Source of the DNA: Armatimonadia bacterium
Lineage (GTDB): Bacteria; Armatimonadota; Zipacnadia; Zipacnadales; UBA11051
NCBI GenBank assembly: GCA_039683575.1
Contig: JBDKRC010000115.1
Location: 1-27,885 of the forward strand
Reading direction: 5' to 3'
Length of the DNA stretch: 27,885 nucleotides
Under the pieces are notes generated by a model that worked only from the letters and a program-made list of their open reading frames with translations, ran no database searches and was not told where the DNA came from. Every line of letters starts with the position of its first letter. Positions within the stretch are counted from its first letter, which is position 1. Shown piece after piece: positions 22,257-27,885 of this stretch. Made by a program: the position numbers and the translations under genes.

Positions 22257-24182
22257 CTACTTGTAGAGTTCATCTTTGGTAATCCCGAAGCGGTTGCCCT
22301 GATCGCCAAAGACCAACACCTGGCGTCCAGCGCTGTGGTAGCCGCCGTTCTTCCCGCCAATGCGGCGATAGTCAAGGCTGAAAGAGGCCTGAACCGTGCC
22401 GTCAGGGCCTTCGGAGATCTCAATGCCGCCACGGGAGATGTTGATACTTGCCGAGGGGCTCATGATCTTCTGCTCATGAGCGTAGAAGGATGAGCGATCA
22501 TAGCTCTTATTGTTGGAGTAGATTGTGGCGTCAGGGTGGTAGCAAAGCATGACGTAGTCATAGGCTCTGCCGCTTTCCCAGCGCTGAATCCAGCTATCCA
22601 CGGCGCGGTAGATGTCTTCGTCGGGCGCGTCTGAGTGCTCCCAGCCCCAAATACCCTCACGGCCTGTATCACCATTGTCACCATCGCCCTGCGACTGCCG
22701 GGTGACACCCTCAGGCTTAGGCCCTTTGCTCAAGACGACCCGTACAGCGTCTCCGCGCTCGACTTCGGTGCCTGCCGATGGGGTCTGGGACATGATCTGG
22801 CCGGCGGCGATACTGTCGTGGTACCGCTGCTCGTCCGAAATCTGCAGCGGGAGCTTACCGACGCTCATCAGGGTGGCCCGCGCAGCGTCGCCTGTCTGGC
22901 CGACGAGGTCGGGGACCTTGACTGCCGGGCCGCGGCTGAGCGTGACGACGATGGCCTGTCCCTTCTGGCAACGGCCGCCGGGTGCGGGGTCCTGGCGGCA
23001 AATCATGTTAGCGGGGACGGTCTCGTTGAACTGCTTGTCGCTGGCCTGCTGGAGGGTGAAGCCAGCCTTGTTTGAGGTCACGGCGGCGCGGGCGTTGTCG
23101 AAGCTGAGGCCGATGAGGCTGGGGGCCTTGGCGGGGCCGACGAGACCGCTATTGATGAGCATGAGCCCGCCGCCACCGAGGAGGAAGAGCGCGCCAAGGA
23201 TGGCAAGCACCAGGAGGCCGGTCTTGGAGCGGGGCTTCGGCAGAGGGGCAGGCGGGGCGGGCGCGTACGACGTGGGCGCGGGAGTCGGCATGGGAGCAGG
23301 CGTGACTGTCGTGGATTGTGGCATGGCGTAGGGGACGTCGCGGGGGGCGGCCTGCACGTGCGGCAACTGCAGGGCGCGGAGCTCGGCGGCGAGCTGCCCG
23401 GCGTTGGCGTAGCGCTCGCTGGGGTCCTTGGCCAGACACTTGAGGATGATGCGCTCGAGCTCGGACGGGATGTTGCCGAAGCGGTAGGAGAGCGGCGTGG
23501 GCGGGCGTTCCATGTGGGCTACGGCCATGGAGAGGCCGCTGCCCGCATCAAAGGGGAGGCCGCCAGCGACCATCTGGTAGAGCATTACGCCGAGGGAATA
23601 TATGTCGGAGCGGCCGTCAACCGGATTGCCTTTGACCTGTTCGGGAGAGGCGTACTCGGGGGTGCAGATGGCCATGCCGGTAAGCGTCACGCGGACTTCG
23701 TCGCCGGCTTTGGCGATGCCGAAGTCGGTGATGACCGGCTGGCCCTGGGCGCTGAACATGATGTTCGCGGGCTTGATGTCGCGGTGGATGATGCCACGGG
23801 AGTGGGCGAAGTCGAGCGCGTCGGCGAGCTGGGCGCCGATGGCGGCGACTTGGTCGAAGGGCAGCCCGGAGGGGGCGTGGCGGGCCAGATGGTCGGAGAG
23901 AGTGCCGTGGCTCAGAAGCTGCATGGTGAAATAGGCGGTGCCCTGGTCCTCGCCGGCGGCGTAGACGGAGACGACGCCGGGGTGGCCATCGAGGGCGGCC
24001 ATCTTCTGGGCTTCGCTGCGGAAGCGCTCGCTCACGTCGGCGCTGGAAGCGAACTGCGGCGGAAGCGCCTTGAGGGCGACGCGGCGGGAGGGCGTTTGCT
24101 GCTGGGCTTCGTAGACGATCCCCATGCCGCCCCTTCCGATCTCCCGGATGATCTGGAACTCGCCGATGGTCTTGCCAATCAT
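22257..24182 (-). CDS. PknB-like Ser/Thr kinase with TM, two PASTA domains and a C-terminal NTF2-like domain, 641 aa
   Basis: Kinase motifs GRGGMG, HRDIKPAN and DFG. PASTA repeats 'APSLIG...QDPAPG...LSRGP' and 'VPDLVG...QTPSAG...LSKGP'. C-terminus 'IYRAVDSWIQRWES...ITKDE'. Confidence 0.93.
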   Translation of the reverse strand: MIGKTIGEFQIIREIGRGGMGIVYEAQQQTPSRRVALKALPPQFASSADVSERFRSEAQKMAALDGHPGVVSVYAAGEDQGTAYFTMQLLSHGTLSDHLARHAPSGLPFDQVAAIGAQLADALDFAHSRGIIHRDIKPANIMFSAQGQPVITDFGIAKAGDEVRVTLTGMAICTPEYASPEQVKGNPVDGRSDIYSLGVMLYQMVAGGLPFDAGSGLSMAVAHMERPPTPLSYRFGNIPSELERIILKCLAKDPSERYANAGQLAAELRALQLPHVQAAPRDVPYAMPQSTTVTPAPMPTPAPTSYAPAPPAPLPKPRSKTGLLVLAILGALFLLGGGGLMLINSGLVGPAKAPSLIGLSFDNARAAVTSNKAGFTLQQASDKQFNETVPANMICRQDPAPGGRCQKGQAIVVTLSRGPAVKVPDLVGQTGDAARATLMSVGKLPLQISDEQRYHDSIAAGQIMSQTPSAGTEVERGDAVRVVLSKGPKPEGVTRQSQGDGDNGDTGREGIWGWEHSDAPDEDIYRAVDSWIQRWESGRAYDYVMLCYHPDATIYSNNKSYDRSSFYAHEQKIMSPSASINISRGGIEISEGPDGTVQASFSLDYRRIGGKNGGYHSAGRQVLVFGDQGNRFGITKDELYK

Positions 24183-24287
24183 GTTGTGCCCATCCTTGGA
24201 ACGCGGTTAGTACCCGTGGAACTCAGTGACGAGTGGTACATACTGTGAGACAGCGGAATCTTCCGATCAGTGACCAGATCCGAGGCA

Positions 24288-25205
24288 TCAGCCCTTGTGA
24301 CCAGCGGGGACCGGCGTGCCCTGCTGCAGAAGGTCGCTGAGAGTGACAGGTCGCAGGTTCTTTTCGTCCAGCCACTTCAGGGCGCGGGGCAGCGCTTCGG
24401 CGGTGTGCCAGCCCCGTCCGTTGGCGTGCATGATGATGATCGAGCCGGGCCTGGCGCGACGGAACTCGGTAAGGATATCGCTCGCGGTGAAGCTCCGGTC
24501 AGGATCGCCGGTGCTGACGTCCCAGAGGACGGACTGCATGCCGAGGGCAGCAGCTTCGGCTGTGACCTTGCGGTTGAACTCGCCGTAGGGGGGGCGATAG
24601 TAGGCGGCCGGGCGGCCGGTGTGGGATTGGAGCAGTTGCTGCGTCTTGGCCAGTTCATCATGTGCGGCGGCGACGGCGATCTTGGGCATGTGCGGATGGA
24701 GATAGGAATGGTTTTCGAGTTCGAAGCAGGGTATGGAAGCCAGTTCGGCGACCGCGTCCGGGTGGGCTTCGATCCACCTGCCGCCGAGAAAGAAAGTGGC
24801 GGGAGTCTGGGTGGAGATGAGGGTCTCGATGATCTTGTGGTCGTAGCCGGCGGGTTTCTGGGTCTGGCAGCAGTCGAAGGTCAGGGCGACGCAACGGGCG
24901 TCGGTCTTGACATGCGTGAAGACCAGAGGCTCGACCGGAGTGGGCGAGAAGTCTCCATAGTCAGCGGGCGGGAGTTGCGGCTGCTTCGCCACGGGCGTGG
25001 TTGGCTCAGGCTCCGGCCTGGGGGCTGGAGCGGGAGGCGGCGGTGGCGGCGGCGCTGTCCCGGCCGAAGCGGGCGTCGCGGCAGCGGCAACCTGGGCTGG
25101 AGGCGCGGGGGCTTGCTTCCGCGGGAGGTAGTGGTCGAGTGCGGCCAGCACCAGTAGAGCGAGGCCCGCTCCGAGCAGGATGGTGGCGTGGGTCTGGCGC
25201 GTCAT
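24288..25205 (-). CDS. Membrane-anchored CE4/NodB polysaccharide deacetylase, ~305 aa
   Basis: 'VALTFDC', 'ATFF', 'ENHSYLHP', 'RPPYGE', 'WDVSTGD' and 'IIIMH'. N-terminal TM and Pro linker. ATG overlaps the upstream kinase stop (ATGA). Confidence 0.9.
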   Translation of the reverse strand: MTRQTHATILLGAGLALLVLAALDHYLPRKQAPAPPAQVAAAATPASAGTAPPPPPPPAPAPRPEPEPTTPVAKQPQLPPADYGDFSPTPVEPLVFTHVKTDARCVALTFDCCQTQKPAGYDHKIIETLISTQTPATFFLGGRWIEAHPDAVAELASIPCFELENHSYLHPHMPKIAVAAAHDELAKTQQLLQSHTGRPAAYYRPPYGEFNRKVTAEAAALGMQSVLWDVSTGDPDRSFTASDILTEFRRARPGSIIIMHANGRGWHTAEALPRALKWLDEKNLRPVTLSDLLQQGTPVPAGHKG

Positions 25206-26713
25206 TCCTTCTTCAGCCCCCATTTCTCTATCTTCCAGGCATCGCCCTCGCGAACCAGGGCGACGTCGCCGGACCAGTAGCTGGTTGCGGAGGGACCCTG
25301 CAACTCAAGTCTCAGGGGGATTGCGGCTTCCTCAGGGTTGCAGCCCAGTTCGGTTTCGCCCAGGTTCATGATCTCGTACCTGGTGTTGTCGCTGAAGACC
25401 TGGTTGGCGTATTTGTCATAGGACAGAGATTGCTTCCTAAGTGCGGAGAAGCAGGCATAGGCACCGCTGCAGTCGCCAGAGTTGCAGAGGCTCACGTAGG
25501 CCCGTAACGCCTTTTCGGGACCGCCGGAGGGTTGCGGCTGCGCAGGAGGCTCCGGGGGAGTGGGCTCTTCGGATTTGGTTGCCACAAATGGACTCTCTGG
25601 TGCGGTTGGCGGCGCACCGGGGCCGGGAGGGACCGCAGTCGGCGCTACGGGCGTGGGTACGCCCGGGGACGGCGGAGTATAGACCGCCGACGGCGGGGAA
25701 GGGGGTACTACCGTCACATTCTGTGAAAGCATGGCTCCGAAGGCGATGAGGCCGACTATGAGGGCGATTGCACCCACCGAGGCCAGCACGATGATGAGCG
25801 GGTTAGTCCGCGAGCGGGGCGGGACAGGGGGATTGAGCATGACGCTGGTCTGCTGCGGCTGTGCGACCGGCGGGGTGTAGCCGGGCCTCAGGATCACCCG
25901 TGGGAGGGCCTGGGCGCGGAGGGCGGCGGCGAGGTCGCGGCCATTGTTGAAGCGCTGGCTCGGGTCCTTGGCCAGACAGCGCAGGATGATCCGCTCGAGA
26001 CCGGCCGGCATCCCGGCCACGAGATCGCCGGGCCGCCGGGGGGGCTCCTGGAGGTGCTTCATGGCGAAGCCCATCGGCGTGTCGGACTGGAAGGGCAGAC
26101 GGCCGGTGACCATCTCGTAGAGCACGATGCCGAGGGAATACAGGTCCGAACGGCCGTCGAGGGGGTTGCCCCGGACCTGCTCGGGGGAGGCGTACTGGGG
26201 GGTGCCGAGGGTCATGCCGGTGCTGGTGAGGCGGTATTCGTCCATGGCCTTGGCGATGCCAAAGTCGGTGACGACCGGGCGACCGCGCTCGTCGAACATG
26301 ATGTTGGCGGGCTTGATGTCGCGGTGGATGACGCCGCGCTCGTGGGCGTAGTCGAGGCCGTCGGCCACTTGGGCGGCCAGTTCGGCGGCATCGGAGAGCG
26401 GCAGGGCGCCGTGGGTGCGCAGGCGCTGGTCGAGGTCGCCGCGCAAGAGCTGCATGACGAGGTAGGGAACGCCGTCCGACTGGCCGGCGGCATAGACCTG
26501 GGCGATGTTCGGGTGGCCCTCCAGACGGGCCATTTTGTTGGCCTCGTCGGCGAAGCGGGCCGCGACGCCCGGTTCTGCGGCGAGGTGAGGCGGCAGGACC
26601 TTGACGGCCACGCGGCGCTGAGGGGCCTGCTGCTGGGCCTCGTACACCACGCCCATGCCGCCATGGCCGATTTCCCGGATGATCTGCAGGTTGGCGAAGG
26701 TCTCGCCTGTCAT
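25202..26713 (-). CDS. Hanks-type Ser/Thr protein kinase with TM and C-terminal NTF2-like domain, 503 aa
   Basis: GHGGMG, VAVK, HRDIKPAN, DFG and GTPQY motifs, TM and Pro linker. C-terminus 'PEKALRAYVSL...AYACFS...LVREGDAWKI'. Confidence 0.93.
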   Translation of the reverse strand: MTGETFANLQIIREIGHGGMGVVYEAQQQAPQRRVAVKVLPPHLAAEPGVAARFADEANKMARLEGHPNIAQVYAAGQSDGVPYLVMQLLRGDLDQRLRTHGALPLSDAAELAAQVADGLDYAHERGVIHRDIKPANIMFDERGRPVVTDFGIAKAMDEYRLTSTGMTLGTPQYASPEQVRGNPLDGRSDLYSLGIVLYEMVTGRLPFQSDTPMGFAMKHLQEPPRRPGDLVAGMPAGLERIILRCLAKDPSQRFNNGRDLAAALRAQALPRVILRPGYTPPVAQPQQTSVMLNPPVPPRSRTNPLIIVLASVGAIALIVGLIAFGAMLSQNVTVVPPSPPSAVYTPPSPGVPTPVAPTAVPPGPGAPPTAPESPFVATKSEEPTPPEPPAQPQPSGGPEKALRAYVSLCNSGDCSGAYACFSALRKQSLSYDKYANQVFSDNTRYEIMNLGETELGCNPEEAAIPLRLELQGPSATSYWSGDVALVREGDAWKIEKWGLKKE

Positions 26714-26769
26714 GTTATTGGTCGTACCCTTTGCGTCCGTGTCAGCCCGAAAAACGGGCCGGTGAAGGT

Positions 26770-27885
26770 CTACTGATCAGAGTTACGGAGAACCTCAACC
26801 TGAGCTCGACACGTTGCGGCAGCACGGGCGGAGGGCGCATCCCCGCGCGCGTCGAAGGCCGTTGCGGCTTGCTGCAGATGCTGAATGGCTTCATCCCGTC
26901 GCCCCTCGCGCGCGAGACGCTCGCCCTGCGCACGTAGTGACTGCGGGTCTGGCTGCTGCGGTCTCGTTTCGGTGGCGGGCCGGCGAGCAGGACCTGCGCC
27001 GTTGACCCAAATCGTCATTTCACTCCTGGCGGTACCGGACGGGCTCTTTGAGCCGACCTGCTTGGGCCTCCGCGTGGGCGCTGGCGGTTTGTCACTCGCC
27101 CAGATCGTTATCTCGTTTCTTACAGTACCGCTCGGTCTCGAACGACGTGCCGGTGCCGTCGGCTTGATTGTGGGCTTGGTTGTGGGCTTGGCGTGGGCGG
27201 CGGCAACCGGCGCAGGTTTTGCTAAGGGGCCGCTCTGTGGTTCTGGTCGCCTGCCAGAGAGCCCTTCCGTCTCGGACTCAGTCTGTGGAAGCGGTGTCGC
27301 GCGGGTGGCCTTCTCGGGTGGAAGCTGGCGGAACGGATTGGTTGATGACGTAATCGGCTGTTGGGTAGCGTCGAACATCGGGGGTGGCACGGGCAGGGGC
27401 GGCGGCGTCCTGTCGAGCGATGTTTGGGCCGAAGTCAGAGGTGGCGTAGGGGAAGCCGGGGAGCGGCCCGAGATCATGGCCCCAACGGCCACCAGACCGG
27501 CAATGACCCCGATCGCGCCCAGCAAGGCCAGCACATAGACGAGTGGGCTAAGACGTGAGTGCACCACACCGGCCTGCACGGCTGTAACCTTCGTTGGCTG
27601 CGGCTGTGCCGCGGGCGGGGTGTAGCCGGGCTGAAGGACGGCTCGCGGCAGTTGCTGCGCGCGCAGGGCTGCGGCCAGGTCACGCCCGCTATTGAAGCGC
27701 TGGCTGGGGTCCTTGGACAGACAGCGGAGGATGATCCGCTCCAGGTTAGCGGGCATCCCGGCGAGGAAGTCTCCCAGCCGCCGGGGTTGCTCCTCGATGT
27801 GCTGCATGGCATAGCCCATGGGGCTGTCAGAGGTGAAGGGAAGCCGGCCGCTGATCATCTGGTAGAGAACGATGCCAAGCGAGTA
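26770..27885 (-). CDS. Hanks-type Ser/Thr protein kinase (5'-truncated by the window) with TM, long Pro-rich linker and TPR-like C-terminal helices
   Basis: Frame is open to the window edge ('YSLGIVLYQMISGRLPF...RCLSKDPSQRF') and closely parallels the 25202-26713 kinase. C-terminus 'LRAQGERLAREGRRDEAIQHLQQAA'. Confidence 0.88.
   Translation of the reverse strand, partial: YSLGIVLYQMISGRLPFTSDSPMGYAMQHIEEQPRRLGDFLAGMPANLERIILRCLSKDPSQRFNSGRDLAAALRAQQLPRAVLQPGYTPPAAQPQPTKVTAVQAGVVHSRLSPLVYVLALLGAIGVIAGLVAVGAMISGRSPASPTPPLTSAQTSLDRTPPPLPVPPPMFDATQQPITSSTNPFRQLPPEKATRATPLPQTESETEGLSGRRPEPQSGPLAKPAPVAAAHAKPTTKPTIKPTAPARRSRPSGTVRNEITIWASDKPPAPTRRPKQVGSKSPSGTARSEMTIWVNGAGPARRPATETRPQQPDPQSLRAQGERLAREGRRDEAIQHLQQAATAFDARGDAPSARAAATCRAQVEVLRNSDQ

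Noticed and set aside
22229-22432. N-terminal extensions in the ORF track (MpaA from 22432, also starts at 1351, 8427, 9510, 11543, 15201)
   Set aside because: The extensions overlap neighbouring genes, repeats or intergenic DNA. Downstream ATGs fit better with Shine-Dalgarno sites, signal/TM positions or domain starts.
18652-27885. Kinase array as an anti-phage defence or toxin-immunity locus
   Set aside because: The kinases are TM receptor type with PASTA/NTF2-like ectodomains and the partners are envelope hydrolases. No nuclease, helicase, toxin or secretion-marker domains are seen.

Overview
GC-rich bacterial window, possibly Armatimonadota-like; this is inferred only from gene content and repeat style. 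It has about 17 credible CDS, mostly on the minus strand. The left half holds an alpha/beta hydrolase, a QueG/reductive-dehalogenase-like Fe-S protein, an orphan Flp pilin, a ~1457-aa secreted glycoside-hydrolase-like protein, a TIM-barrel sugar isomerase, a CDF metal exporter, an iron-sulfur flavoprotein, a class I aldolase and a ferritin-like protein. Nearly every spacer between them is packed with REP/BIME-like palindromes and short tandem repeats, and one REP copy sits in frame inside the large gene. The middle holds two divergent secreted proteins, one with a papain-like Cys-His-Asp triad. The most striking feature is on the right (18.6 kb to the end): an operon-like array of at least four paralogous membrane Ser/Thr kinases with swapped extracytoplasmic domains. 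The kinases alternate with, and partly overlap, three membrane-anchored hydrolases (CE4 deacetylase, MpaA-like amidase, M28 peptidase). This is a candidate modular peptidoglycan sensing and editing system. All calls come from reading motifs by eye; no database searches were run.
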